DNA from: Psammoneis japonica
Taxonomy: Eukaryota
Direction of reading: 5' to 3'
Length of the DNA: 64,000 nt
Assembly (NCBI GenBank): GCA_008632985.1
Contig: QPGO01000166.1
Location: 1 to 64,000, forward strand
A program made the translations under genes and the position numbers. Every line of letters starts with the position of its first letter. Position 1 is the first letter of the stretch. Below are positions 12,758 through 26,667 of the stretch, one piece after another. Below the pieces are notes generated by a model that saw only the letters and a list, made by a program, of their open reading frames with translations, searched no databases and was not told the origin of the DNA.

Positions 12758-14665
12758 TTAGATGAACTTAAAATCTGTGCTCTTAAACTCCTTTCCGAAA
12801 ATATTGCCGGAAACAGGCGTTGCAGCATCTTTGTCCTTAACCTGCCTGGCGTCATCGCGATTGACATAGTTGATTCCATCTTGTGCCGCTTTTTCACCCT
12901 CCTCAGCCGGACTCCACCCCATATCATCAGCAGGCGCATCAGGACCCTTGTCAAGGACCAAGCCATCCAAGAGTTCCTCAAGGCGGACTCCCTGATCATC
13001 CTCGTCGTCTTGCATTTCTGCGTCGGGGTTCGCTGCTTTCGACGGAATTTCGCTCTTGTAAACGTTCATATTGATTCTCATTTCTTTGTCTGCCTCTACC
13101 TCCCTCAGAAAGTCTTCTTCGTCCATATCATCGTTGTCGATATCTTTCTTAGACGATCGAGCTCGCATAGTCTCGGCAACATCCACATCGAGACGTTCGA
13201 GTCTCCAAATTCTCATTTTGGCTGCATTGGCTTCTCCGGTGGCCACCCCTCCATAGAGTTTCCGGACGATAATGACATCTGGGAGCTTGCCGGCAACTCT
13301 CATATCTTCAGCATCGTCATCGACTAGCTGTGTCTCGGTTAAGTCATAGCCGAGACAGACATCACCTGCCTTTAGGAGATAGCCCACATGGGAACGTTCT
13401 TCAAACTGAGTGTCGTTTACACCAAGGTCGTCTTCCTTGGCTACTGTAACACTGGCTAGGCGGCTTCGTTGCTTCCTTGTCGCCTTTTTCTTGGAAACGT
13501 TACGTTCCAACACGATGGGCTCCTTTCCAAGTACAACGTATCGGGTCAGTCGAGAACGCGCCGCAGTGATTATTGGTCGAATTGGATCTCTCCAGAATGT
13601 TTCTGGTGACATGGTTGCAGTCTGACCCGACAAGGGGTCGATGAGATGGATCACACTTGAAATGTTCTTCACGAGAACAGTACGGCTGATATTCCCGTGG
13701 TTGCGCGCCGTCTTTGCAGGAAGATACAGGAGATCGTCTTTACAAAGCGGGCAGATCTCAACCAAGTTTGTATACTTGAAGTTAGAAACGTTCGACTTGT
13801 CATCGGTGCCAATTAGTTTTTTCGACGATTTCACCTGTTACGTGTCGCAAAATATTGGAAGTGAGGACTCCATCAAAATGCAAACTAATGAAAGAGGTCA
13901 ATCTAAATCAACACCACACAAATCGTCTATCGACGAACGACATCGTACCTTTACGGGGACGACATTTTCAAGAAACGAAATGAATCTTGCTGCCTTTCCT
14001 TTGTCTGGAAAGTAAAAGTCCATTCCATCTCGGAAGGTTTCAATGCTCAAGCAACCACGATGAGCTCCGTGCTTTAGAATAAGTTGTTCCAAGTACAGAA
14101 ATGTACGTTTGTGGCCGACTCGCTGTCTGACTTGTACCAACGATTTCCAAGATCCCTGACGAAACTCAGCTTGACACTCAATGCACTGCTGGTTCCTTAC
14201 AACAAAGACAACTGTAAAAGACTGCTGAAGAATCGTTCCAGACTGAACTTCTCTTTGAACAGTAAGGCGAACCTTGAGACGCATGGAATGTGGCTCGGTC
14301 CAAATCCATCCTGCATCTACCAGTCGCACCTTTTCTGTGTTTTTCCCCGACTTGAGGCCGCTTACGTTGGACAAACAGAGAGCCATGAGTTCTCGACTCT
14401 CGAGATCACACGCGATCCACTTTCCTGCTTCCTTATGCCAGCGCTGACATCCACGGCACTGGTGCAACGTTGCCTCGGTAGATATGCCTCGAGTCACGTC
14501 AGCCTTCGTCGCCAAACAGGATGCGCAAGTGTTGGATGGATTTGGCGGTATACTGGCGCCACATAAGCAGCACAAAATGTTCACCGCAGTTCCGGATTCT
14601 GGTAGCGCTTCAGGTGCTTCCATCATTACTGACTTTCTTATTGAAGCGGAAGCCAGTGGTTGCAT
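12758..14665 (-). CDS. NMD3: 60S ribosomal export protein NMD3; intron 13835-13948; start may be at 14626
   Basis: CCLCG..IPPNPSNTCASC, LESRELMALCL, RLVDAGWIWTEPHSMRLKV, VQVRQRVGHKRTFLYLEQLILKH, VEICPLCKDDL. Confidence 0.95.
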
Positions 14666-15054
14666 AGACTGCAGTTTGGAGTTGTCAGCTTGGTGTGAGC
14701 TTTTTTCGCATGAACATGCTTCCAAAAAAAGAAGAAGCGCGGGAACGAACAGTGGATGAAGAATGAATGGCTGGACGACGGCGGTGCCGGACGACTGACG
14801 AGCGCGAACCGAATGAGCTCAAGCCAAGGCAAGCAAAATTCAAATTCGCTAAACAAGGCATGCCTAGTAAAGTACTCTAAGGGATTAGATGAAGAGGCGT
14901 AGAGTGTAGAGTACAGAGTGCGTCAACACTTTAAAAGCAAAACCAAGCACGCTGCGCGAAAAGCAGCGAAAAGGAACACCTTACTTCTCCTCGACAGAGG
15001 TCTAATTGAGAATAGGTTCAGAGGCGTTGCTAACTCCTGCGTTTCCTCTAGATG

Positions 15055-15909
15055 CTAGCATTCACTATGTGCTTCTGATCTCATTTGCAACAAACGGATA
15101 CACTTGTTCAGATCTTCCAGATCTCCATCATTGGCTCCTTCGGCGCGCTCAGCATCAAGCATGGACTTTGAAAACTCCAGAGGTGTGGCATTAAAGCAGC
15201 GCACAGTCTTTCGTCTTTGAGTTTGCAATCGAAACCGACCAGAACCCTTTATTTCGGTTGATGCGCCCTGCGACAAAAGGTATTTCAAGACCAGTGGAAT
15301 TCCTCGTGCTGCTGCTACACAAAGTGGTGTCATGCTAGACTTTGCTGACTCGTTTGTGGATCCATTTACAGACGCCCCTTGCCGTTCCACAAGCTCTTGC
15401 ACACACCGCAAAATCGTTCGTTCTTTCACGTGCCGAGCTCGGCAGCATTCCACGAGAAACGTTCCTCCGGTGCTAGTCACATTACTGACCCGAAGGTGCG
15501 GTCCGTACTCGTCGATCAAGCCACAAAGGCGGGAATGACTCAAAGACTGCGTCGGTGATTGTGTCATCTCCCCCAAATAAAAGAATGCAATCTCGGTGTT
15601 GTCGCACAATAATCTATGAGCCTCTTGTACTCGTTGCGGACTAGAGCGCTTTAGTCGTTTGGACGAACGCCTGGTGGATTTGTCATCATCTAAGTGTGTA
15701 ACACCATAGTCTTCCTTCAAAATGGCGTCCCACAAGGATGCACTCAGTTTGTCTTCGAGAATCGCCTTGCATGAGTCTCTCGATAGCAACGCAATTTGAT
15801 GGCAGAGAACGTGTGCGCGATGGGTTGGTCCAGCAGCAAACGTGACAATTTTGTGGACAAGAACTTCTGGTAGCTTCCATAATTCAAACGCGAAATCTGT
15901 GTCTCGCAT
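15055..15909 (-). CDS. Ankyrin-repeat-containing protein
   Basis: TPLCVAAARGIPLVLKYLLSQGAS ankyrin consensus; 284-aa ORF with normal composition. Confidence 0.7.
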   Translation of the reverse strand: MRDTDFAFELWKLPEVLVHKIVTFAAGPTHRAHVLCHQIALLSRDSCKAILEDKLSASLWDAILKEDYGVTHLDDDKSTRRSSKRLKRSSPQRVQEAHRLLCDNTEIAFFYLGEMTQSPTQSLSHSRLCGLIDEYGPHLRVSNVTSTGGTFLVECCRARHVKERTILRCVQELVERQGASVNGSTNESAKSSMTPLCVAAARGIPLVLKYLLSQGASTEIKGSGRFRLQTQRRKTVRCFNATPLEFSKSMLDAERAEGANDGDLEDLNKCIRLLQMRSEAHSEC

Positions 15910-16214
15910 GATGTCGATTTTTTCGATTCACAAGAGAGAATAGGGCATGTAGCCTACGCTTTCGGGGACCAGGTCAGAAGTCAGAAGTAGTCGGTCAGAA
16001 GCAGGAAGCAGCACAGTTTTCAGTTACTACTTCGTAGTTGTTATTTGTTATCTATCCCAATCCACTCAATCGCATCAATGGTCCAGTCGACAGTCGATCA
16101 GAGCTAGGTAGTCACTCTCTACTAGTAGACGCGATTAGATGATTCTTCGCGCACATTCAACAAGCGAGCATGTTCGATGTCGTCGCACGAGGATTGGACG
16201 CGCCAAGACGCGGT

Positions 16215-19200
16215 TAGCTGGACGGTGTGTCTCTCTCATTGTCTTCACAACCATCATGCCACCGTGCAAAAGAAGTCCAGAACAACTTTCCTGCCTCTAG
16301 AATTTGCACCAGGAAAGCAAAGAAAGCCCGGAATGACATGTTTTTCTGGATGTTCCTGGTGCTGACTCCACACCAGATTCTGCGCATTTTGGCAAATTCC
16401 CATTGTTCCAGGAGTTTGTTGACCCCCGGTGCTGACTGTGAGCTGGTTTCTGTGCAGTTTGACATTCCAGACTTGTGATCACATGAAGCAATTTGTGTTC
16501 AGCCCCATGGCCTTCAAAATTCATTAGACACTGCTTTGCACACAAACACCGCTTTTGCGGTTTCAGCAATTTTTAAAGTGGCCAGCCCCAAACCCCAACC
16601 TTGTCTCACCAATCTCTGTCTCCAGTCTGGGTGAGAGCAGGGCAAGGCAGAGGGGGAAATGCAGACAGATGCATGCATGCAGTGCAGCACTTCAGAGTCA
16701 AGCAAGCTTGCAAGGATCAAGCAATGTGGCAGCTGCCAGGCGCAAGGGCAGGCAGCAGGCCGTGCTGCACAGCAGAAGCAGGCGCAGCACCAAATCTTAC
16801 ACTCTCACTGCTGCTGGCACTCATGAGATGGAAGTGGTGCACAAATGTCTTCTTGTCAGCAGTTGTCACTGCATCTGCTGAGAGTGGGATGGCAACTTTG
16901 CCAGCACTCTCTGCGGGTGCTTTCTCATGGGCCCAAAGCTCTGTGGGGTGGTGACAGGGCTGTCACAGAGGCCAGGAGAAGTGTGGGAGCAAGCCAAGCT
17001 GTGCCCTGAGACAGCAGCTGTTGCAGGCATGATTGGCTAAACAAAAATTGAGAACACAAACATTGAAAAACAGCAGAGATGAACAAAGCAGTTTTAGATC
17101 CATGTGGCAGGTTCAATGCTCACAAGCGGCCCAACAAGAGGCAAAACAATGGGCTTTCTTGATGTGCATGTGCTGCTTGACAAGGACAGACCTGCACTGT
17201 GAGAGGTGAAAGATGTTCTCCTTTTTGCATTTTTGTGTCTCTTGCAGAGCAGTGCCAACCATGATTTTGCGTGCACCTGCACACCTTCCCATGTGGTGCC
17301 AAGAGATTTCATGTCCCTGGCCCAGCACAAATGATGCACAATGCACCAACAATGTGGCACAAGAGAAGATGATGATTGCAAGTGTCCCAGAAGGGAAAAA
17401 AAGAGCATGAAGAACAGTCTGTGCAGATGGCATTTGTGGCACCAGACAACAGTGCAAAATGACATGCTGAGTTGACAGGTGCCAGATTCAGAGAGAGGAC
17501 ATGTTCATTGTCTTGACTTTGAAAGAGCTGCAGGAGAGCAAGCCTTTGCCTTAAGAGCACAGTGTCAATCACCAACATTTGTGCTGAAGGAGCTGGTGGT
17601 GAAAGGGAGTTGTCTCTTCACAAAGCACATGCCAGCATGTGTCAAAAACAAGTCTCTTGCTTTCTGGGTGGTTGTGGTTCTTTGTTCTTTCTCCAAAAAT
17701 GGGAGGCAACCTGATGTGCTGTTGAGTTTGCATGCTTTGTCTAATGCCAAAGCATCATGAAAAAAGGTGTGCCAAAAGCTCTGCCACTGTCAGTGGTGCT
17801 GCCAACAGCAGCACAGAATCATGTGCCAAGGACAAAATGTTGCAAAGGGTGGCTCTCCAACAAATGGTGCACAGCATGACATGGAACAAATGCACTGAAG
17901 TTTTCCATGGCACAGGTTGTCACCCACAAAGTTGATGCAATCAGAAGTGTCATGAACAAGGGGCCAGTTTTTTAGATTGCAGCAGAGCACTTGGCTCACG
18001 GTGCAATGCAGCAAGAAGACCCTGACAGCATGCACAAACTTGATTTGTTAGAAGGGTGAAAAGCTCTTGGCAAAAGTGCCTGAAATGAGAAGATGCAAAA
18101 AAGATGGCGGCACCATGTCACACACAGATTGTCGCCACAAGAATGCACAAAAACACTCTGCTGGAGAGGTGTGCCCAGGTTTTCTCTCATGTCAAGAGGG
18201 TGTGTTGTGAGCCAATGAAGCATGCTGTCCTGAGTGGGTCCCACAGACAAAAAAGCACAGTTGCCCAACATGACAGGGCGGCACACTCCCTGGTGGCCCA
18301 GTTGACTCCATCATCAGACCCAACAGAGCAGCCATTTGCTGACACACTGGTGCTGCTCAGCACATCAGCAAATGACTGTCAACAGGGCCAAACATGTTGG
18401 GATCTACAGGCACACATCTTGTGCACCAAAAGCTCTGGAAGATGCCACTCTGCTGCTGGCCTCTCAAGAAAAATTGCCCCAAACAACTGCACGGCCATGT
18501 TGAAAGCAATGGTGCACAAATTGAAAATGGGTGCAAAGCTGTGCCTGAGTGGCTGACAGGCATTTGAGAAAAATGCAAAATTCAAAGGAACATTGCCAAA
18601 AGAGTGGCGCCAGCACAGCATCAATCAAACAAAGGCTGGGTGAAATCATGTGAGAGAACACACTGCATTGAGCCAGAAACTGGGGGGAGCAGGCAGCCAC
18701 TGGCATTTTGGCAGACCAGCCAACAACCAGACAGTGCTGCCAATGTGCAACAAGTCAAGCCACAAATCCCAGCACCACTTTTTTCACCCCTGATGACTGC
18801 CTGCACTGCCACCCTGCAGCAACCTCTGTGTTTCTGCTCTCATGCAGGCTGGCACTTGGCAGGATGTGAAACAAGAAGGAAGTGGGTGCAGCATCTTGAT
18901 GGGACATGGATCATCAGGCAAAAAAAGCACCACAGTTGCAGAGCTGGCACTGTGTTGTCAATCTTGACATGACAGGTGCTGTCCCACCATGCTGGTGGCT
19001 GATGGGGTGTTGGGTTGGATGGACTGTGTTGGGCACCCTGGAGTGGGGTGGCTTTAAGACTGGGGGCTTGTGTGGCTTGGGACAAGGTGAAGTCAGCAGA
19101 AATCACTTGAAAACACTGGTTTCTCATTTTTCTGTTGGACACTGTTGCACCTTGCTTCTTGTGTCTTCTGTTGCTTCAAAGCCCTGTTTGGCACATCCTG

Positions 19201-19420
19201 GTCTGCAACTGTGCCTCCTCTCTCTGTGGCAGTGCAACATTGGTGGCCCCTTCACAGTCTTCCTCCTCTGTGGAAGCTCCCAGCTTTCCTCATTTGCTTG
19301 GTCACCTTCACAACTCAGTCTCTCTCTCTCTCTCCTCCATTGTGGCATTTCTTTCTCCCTCTGGGTGTCGTGGCTCGAGGTCTGGTTTCTCGTGGCTCAT
19401 TGCACTGTCAACCAGAGAGA
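16215..19420. mobile_element. TpA/CpG-depleted block 1: degenerate repeat or transposon-derived DNA
   Basis: Only about 12 TA dinucleotides in about 3.2 kb by manual scan; TG/CA enriched; ORFs Tyr-free; abrupt return to normal composition at both ends. No TE family could be recognised. Confidence 0.6.
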
Positions 19421-19770
19421 GTACATCACTCCCATACGAGAGAGTCGAGAGCAACAGGCACAATCTACTGCGTGGTAAACGCAAAAAAGACTCTGTCGAA
19501 TTGGTCGCAGCTCTGAATCGTCGCCTCAAACAATGTCAAAGACAAAAAAAAATTGGTCGAGCAGCGCAGGAGAAAGACTACCGTAGTGTTAGACTATTCA
19601 GAAATAAGGATAACCAGTTCTTAACGCATTAATGCTTCATTCTGCAGTGTCTGTATCCTGGATAAACTCAACACCAACCGGCACTAATAGCGCAAGATCG
19701 TCGTACAACCAAAATCACCACTGCTGGTTCGTCTTGTTCAGACGCTTCTCAATATTGACGCATCTACCCA

Positions 19771-20662
19771 TCAGAACAGACCGGATTTTTTCGAACTAGC
19801 CTCGTTCTGGTCCCTCTGTTTCAAACACTTTTCGACCTTCCACCTGAACATCGGGTTCGACTCTTTCCTTTTCATCATCGCGTTGAATTCATCTGAATGC
19901 AATCCGTGCTTCTTAATGATTTCTTCCGCTTGAAGCGGAAATGCCTCTACGACAGCTCTTACCTTCGGGCTAAGTAATGGCAAAACAGCAGGATCGCTGA
20001 TTTTGACATCTTCTGGAAGCCGGTCAACCTGCAACGCCTTGTTCAGTTTCTTGATCTGTTTAGAACGCAACTCTTCGATCTCAGATACTGACTCGCAAAA
20101 ACTGTCGAGTTTCTGTTTCTTCAACATATTCTTTGACGCAGGATCTTCGATGAGTGGCACCCGATCCATGTTAAGCGTTGATGCCATTCGGTATAAGTAA
20201 GCTTGCTCCAGAACCTGAGGAAGTAAGTGTTGGTGGCGTCATTAGTTGTGAATACTGTAACACAAAAGTAAAAGAAACACAAGGTGTTTTTCAATCTGAG
20301 TTGTGTACCTTTTCTTTCAGTTCTCTGTCTTTGCTGATTTGTTTACCAAGTTGATTGAATTGGTTCACAGACATGCCCAGCGCCTTCAGAACTTCTCCAG
20401 ACCTAGTAACAAATTGCGCATTCACACGCCTCGCCTCGGCACCCTCTTCTGCTAATGCTTTGTCACGCATGCGCCTCAACCCTTCAGTTGCGGCCCAGCA
20501 GGCTGCATATCGATCGTATTGTGCATCCTCTGCAGAAAATAGGCTCGGCATACGTTCAATGTTACCAGCTGCATCCAATCGAGGTGGTGTCGCCGCTATC
20601 GAGACTGCTGGCAGCAGCAAAGACAAGGCGACAACAAAATAATGTGCTGTGCGCGGCACCAT
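19771..20662 (-). CDS. Signal-peptide protein with DUF4168-like helical repeats; intron 20215-20308
   Basis: MVPRTAHYFVVALSLLLPAVSIA signal peptide; VLKALGMSVNQFNQL and EIIKKHGLHSDEFNAM repeats; in-frame splice EK/VLEQAY. Confidence 0.65.
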
Positions 20663-21300
20663 TTTATCCGCCACTTTTAATTACTGAAGAAAGGAAACGA
20701 AGAGATCTGTAGCAATTCTGCGCCTACTAGTAGAGAGTGTAGATTTCAGAAAGAAGAGACGCAATGCTCAATCATGACAATTTATCGCTCCATCCGTCTC
20801 CTCTCCATCGCTCGTATCATATCGCGATCGTCCTCTACAGTATCTTCAACGCGCCGTCTGGCGTCTCTGGCAGTCCGCATTCCGTCGACGGAAAGGCAGC
20901 GCGGCGGGATGACACGATCGATTAGGGGGCCAGCTATACCGTACTCTAGCCCTAGAGCCTCTCTACTCTAGCTCTACCGGTATGAGAGACGCTCTCCGCA
21001 CCCTTCTAAATGACGGAAGCTCGACCACAGCAACTGCTCTACCTGATCTCGCGTGGAAAATGTTGAAATGCCTATGTAGGGCCTAGATTTGTCGAGTAGT
21101 AAGCTACTCCTAGAGTGGGCTAAGTCTCGCGGTCAATGGTGAACTTGCACTCGTGAACTTTAGTTGATCTCATGAATCCCATCAAAGAAGAGACCAAGGC
21201 CCTGGCTATACATACATAACTCTTGCTTAACTTCTAGTAGGCAATGTCAGCTGACCTATGGCGAAACCACCAATCAGTGCACAAACGTGACCGTCACTTT

Positions 21301-22326
21301 TCAAATTGCTTGTTCCTTCATCCGTTGAAAAAAGGCGCAGTCTACCCGGAGCAACTCCTGCGCATACTGATACAATTTCAAGTCAATGGCGTTTAAGGCC
21401 CTGTAAGTTTGTTCGTTGTAGAACGCAGTGTAATTCGCGGTTTTTGTCTTTTTCTCGTGAGGTAATTTTGAGCGGGACATTCCCATAAACTCTAGCATGG
21501 CTGCAAGGCATTCTTCTGACATCTCATCACCACCCACATCAACAATATAATCAAAACGACTCAGCATATCTTTCGCCAAAGGCAAATGTTCGTTCTTAAC
21601 TTGGAACTTCGTGGGATTATCTGATATTCCACTGACTAAGCTCCACGTTATATAGTTGTTTTGGATGATATTGAGGCGTTTTGTTTTTGCTGTGGTGCTG
21701 CCAGAGCCAGCAAACAGATCAAGATACACGGTCGTCTGGCTCATCGCTCGGGTAACGGGTTCCCTAATGGTGATAGAATACGTCATGTCGTCACAAAATA
21801 GAGACTCGTCGTGATCTAGCCACCTTTCATTCCCGACAAACTGAATCCTGCTATTGACAACCGATTCACAGGACATGGGCCGTGGATGCGCATGATCGCA
21901 GCACCAATACGGCCCCAATTCGACTGGATTACAATTGGCTGGAGGAACTTTGAAGTTGCTACGACGCGCAAGGAGACAGAGTGACGACCCAGCTGTCTTG
22001 GGAATATGGAGATTATATTGCTGCTTTAGACCAATGCGACTCTTATTGAACACCCTGGCAAACAAAGGAAACAAAGTGTTCTCAAAACACATTGGATACT
22101 TGAGAGCCACAGCGCGACGTAGCTGATTGAATTCCCACGGGTGTTGAAGATGTGTTATGTTCTGAACTAATTCTCTGCACCGAATATCCAGTGAATCTGG
22201 TGGATCACGTGTGGATACTTGAAGAATCATTCTGCCCGTGTTGAATACCAAACCTGCAATGTAGAAGAAGACGAACCATACCCGAATGGGAACGGTTTTA
22301 TTTCTACCGCAAAGAAGCAACGCCAT
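21301..22326 (-). CDS. Golgi-type sulfotransferase family protein
   Basis: N-terminal TM anchor; 5'-PAPS motif LHIPKTAGSS; 3'-PB motif IREPVTRAMS; LNAIDLKLYQYA. Confidence 0.78.
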   Translation of the reverse strand: MALLLCGRNKTVPIRVWFVFFYIAGLVFNTGRMILQVSTRDPPDSLDIRCRELVQNITHLQHPWEFNQLRRAVALKYPMCFENTLFPLFARVFNKSRIGLKQQYNLHIPKTAGSSLCLLARRSNFKVPPANCNPVELGPYWCCDHAHPRPMSCESVVNSRIQFVGNERWLDHDESLFCDDMTYSITIREPVTRAMSQTTVYLDLFAGSGSTTAKTKRLNIIQNNYITWSLVSGISDNPTKFQVKNEHLPLAKDMLSRFDYIVDVGGDEMSEECLAAMLEFMGMSRSKLPHEKKTKTANYTAFYNEQTYRALNAIDLKLYQYAQELLRVDCAFFQRMKEQAI

Positions 22327-25300
22327 GAGGGGAGAATGTCGTTTCAAGGCTCGTGAAATGTTCTCCACTGAACTGACTTGACAGTAGCGATGCTGCTATC
22401 CAAAACTATTCTTTGCGACTTCAGACACAGCTCTCTTCTCTAGCGACGTACCGATAGAGAAAAGCAGCCGCAAGGGCAGTAAGCAGTACCAAGGCGTGAT
22501 GTGAAGTGTTGCTCAGAGCAAGGAGCAAGGACCGAGGACCGACAGCAAGGAGGGGAGGCGAGGAGGGAGGAGGAGCGAGAGTCGTCGTCCTTGATCGTCG
22601 TTCACATGGCTGGAAGTCATCAAAGACACATCAAAATTTCAAAAGCTGTCTGTAGAAGGCTGTAGTAGAGGGTCATTCGCGGTCATTCGACAATTTGGAC
22701 ACGAGTTTTTTGTCGACCGCACATCTGTACAGTACGTACGTACTGTACGTACGGTACGTATGATACGTACAATCGTCAACTTTTCCGTTGAGAGATCCGT
22801 TGAGATAACGGTTTCCTTTGAAAAATCGTGACAATCCTCCTCGGAAACACGCAACAACACGCCCGCGATTTGTGTGACAGCGCTTTACATGTCCGCGGCC
22901 AAGGACAATGCAAGGCCAACATTGCCTGCAAACAGCACACTGATGGGCTTTTCCTTTTCTCAGCCTTTGTTCAGGGCCTGTGTGCTGCGGCGGTGTGCGC
23001 TGCTGGAACAAACACCAAACAACACTTGTGGGTGCCAAGCACAAGGAGGAGCTTGGCTCCCTCCACCTTGAATTGGCTGCAATTGGCCAACCAAAGAAGA
23101 GTCCATTCATTGAACCATGCATGTTGGCAGGTGACTCTGGCATGGAGCAAACAGCTGTGTTGGTGGGTGGTGGTGGGTGGAGCCGTGCTGGGCACACCAG
23201 CAATGGCGGCGCGGGCCACCGTGCCCACCAGAGCTTGCTTCTCAGCCAAAAGAAAATGCAACCCTGTGGTCTTGAGAAAGTGAATTTGTTGGCTGAGTGT
23301 CATCTCAACACTCCTCAACACTGTGCTCAAGGTTGCAAGTGCAGCAGGGGAGAACCGCCCACACCGGCTCAAGCTTGAACAAAGCTGCTTTGGCGCTGTG
23401 ACCACAGAGCATCAAAGAAAAAGACCGCTGTCATGGAAGGCAAGACAGCAGAAAAAGCAAAAAAGCTGTGCCCAGAAACTAAGCTGAAAGTTGCTTGTGG
23501 CACTGACTTGCTGTGCACGCTTTTTGACAAGCTGGGTGGGCAGCAGAAAAAAGGAAGGCAGCACTTCTGCAAGGGCGGCATTGGGAACTGACTCCACAAT
23601 GGCCGTGCAAAGAAGAAGGGTCATCAGATCTCATGGTGTTCTGCAGCATTGCTGCTTGACAAAGAGGAGCCCAAAGTGGCAATGAGCAACAGGCTTGACA
23701 TCAACCTCAGCTCAAAAGGCACACAGCAACGCCACTTTTGTGCGCCAAAACATTGCTCATTGTCAACCCCAAAAATCTGCACAACAACCACACAAAAACC
23801 AAATGAAAACAACACTTCAATGAGGTTTGCTTGACAGCAGCAGCTGAGCAAGTGGTGCCAGCATGCTTGCCATCAATGACCAAGTTTCCACTGCACAGCC
23901 AGTGGCAGGTGTTTCAGTTGGGCAATGATTTGTCACAAGGTGCGCAGAAAACAATGGTGCCCACTCAACCAAGAGAGCAAAGTGCAAGAGCTTGACATGC
24001 CATTTGAGCCTGTCCTTGCTTGCAGTGGAAAGAAGCTAATTTCCTCCCATGTGAAGTCAGAGGATGCTGCAGCTGTGGCAAAACACTTGGTGGCTTCTCA
24101 AGGCAATGACCCTGTGGAAACTCCTGCGACAGTTGTGAGAAAGATGCGCACAATTTGCTGAGAACAAGTGACAGAACTGAGGTGCTCCTGTCCACATGCT
24201 GGGCTGAAAACAGGCAGCATTGTTCCCTTGTTGTGTTTCCCAAATCTGCACCTTCAGACATGACCATGAAAAAAAAACAAGAAGAGGCTGGCGCTGCACA
24301 TGTGCTCTGAGATGTCCTGCAATGAAACATGCAGTGGAATCTTGACATTCCTCATGAGTCAAGCCACTTGGCAACTTGGCTTTGTTTGGTTGAAGATGGT
24401 GCTTGCACTGTGCAACCTGCCATTCATTGCCTCGCAAACAAGCTGATGGCAATGGATGATGACAACAAGCTCCATGGACCATTGTCAGTGCACCAGACTG
24501 GCAGCTGGCAGCCATGATGGCATTTGCAAGAACTGCAAGCATCAAAGCTGCACCTTTCATTTGATGACGCAAGGTTTTGCAAGAAACCAGGTTGCTGCCA
24601 AAAGACAGAGTCTGTGATGGACTGAAATGCTTTGCAGGAGGAGAGCCATTTTGGATTTGATCAAGAGCTGGCAGTCTTGTGGACAAACAATGCAGAGTCT
24701 GAGGAGGGGCTCAACTTGTCTTGCAACCTTTTGCTGGAGCTCATTTGTGACAAGAAGGAGACAAAAAGGTGCCTTGACTTGTGCTTTGCTGGTGACTTGA
24801 CTGCATTTCTCATTGACAAGGTGTGGAGAGCAGGCGACTTTTGCTTGCCATTTTCACATGGACACAACATCCTGTGACAACTGACTGCCAAAGAATGATG
24901 GCAAAGCAAAAGGAGGTGGTGTGCTGGCACCATTCAATGGGTCCCAAACCAAAACACAGCATGGCAAAGTCAGCCAAAGTGATGACCAAAGTTGTGGACA
25001 TGCAAGCAACATTTGAAGAGCAGTGAGCAGCAACAATGGCAGTGCACTCAGTGCTTGTGTCAAGATTGACCCCAGTCTGTTGCTTCTGTGTTGTGATGTT
25101 GCTCAGTGCTGTGGCAACAAAGATTTGAAATGCACAGCTGGGTGAATCAAACACACTTGCATGAGACGGCCTTCCTCCCCATGAGCTGACAAACCATTTT
25201 GCATCAAGCTTGTCTCCCACTCAGATCTTTGCTTTGAACCAAGTGGAGTTTCTCAAGCACACAACACCACAATTTGATTGAACTCAAGTTGTTGCAGTCA

Positions 25301-26667
25301 TGGAGTGAAGCAGCAAACTCTGCCTGATTTGCTCCTGCAGAAGATGTCACAGGCAGCATGGTTTTGAGTTTTTTGTTGATTGCCCCCATGTGTCTTCAAA
25401 GTTTGAGGGGTGCACTGCCAACCCCAGATGACGTCATTCTTGTGCACTGGCACAAGCCTTGTCATGCAACACATTTGACCAGAAAGCATCAGACAGTGTG
25501 TGTTTGACAATCTGGTCCAGAATGAGTCCCCCGGGGCTTTTGCAGGAGGCAGCACTGCACAGAGTTTTGCACAGATTTGAAAGTTGGCCAGCACATGATG
25601 GACCATGGGAGAGAGTTCTTTGAGTCAGCACTTCTGACCAATCTCTCAAAGAAGCTTTGCTCTGGCATCAAGTGGGCCAGGCATGACTTTGGATCCAAAA
25701 GGACAGCTGCTGTCGGCAACAGACCTGCAGCACAAAACCATTGTGACATTGTCTCAACAACTGCAATGGATCTCTGAAATTGTGAATGGATGACAGTGCT
25801 GCACATGCATTGCAGCTTTTAGAGCAATCCCAGGAGGAGACAAAATCTTTCCTTTGTGCTTTGATGGCGCCCTGAGTGAGATGGGTTCAATGGGCACAAA
25901 TGCCACAAAGTCTTGTCCAGAGAGCAATCCTCAAACAAAAAATTGACCTTGATGAGCAAAGAAGAGGATGATGAGGCACTCAACTCTTGTTGCTCCAACT
26001 TGTCAATGTGCATGCCTTGTTGAAGCCTGTCCTTTTGCAGTGTGGCTGATGGAGGCCATTTTTCATTGGAGGGCTTGCAAACTTCTTAGAGAGTCATGCA
26101 CAGAGGCCATGGCAAACCAGAACAATGCTGGGGAGTGTGTTGTTGGCATTCAGTTGTTTCTGGCAAGTGACAAATTCCAGGGGGTTGCCAGGCTAGAATC
26201 AGGTTCAAGTGGCAATTGCACTGCCTGCAAGAAGAGAGCTGCAAGAAAAATGCCAAAATGAGACACAAGATTGTTGCTCTGAGCAATGGATCATCCTGTG
26301 TGTTCTGTGTGGTCTGTGTGCAAAAGTCACATCTGTTGGTGGAAAGTTGAAGTGTCGACATTGAGCAGCTCAGCTGCCTGCTCCTGGCAGCACACCACCT
26401 GCACTCCAAATGCCACCAACTCCAATGATGACTCAAGTGCTGCCTGCTCACCCTGGTGCACACACCCCCGCCACCACCACCCTCTTTGATCTTTGCAAAA
26501 TGAGCTTTGCCCAGATCCACAGTTGGCATCTGTTCATCCTCAGCTTGAACATTCAGTGAGTGCTTTTGCTGCACTTTTGTTTTCTTTGACACATGCCACA
26601 AACTCCAACAACTCAAACAGGAAAGGCCAGCATCACGCACACTCTTGAGTCTGCTGGAAAGAACAAA

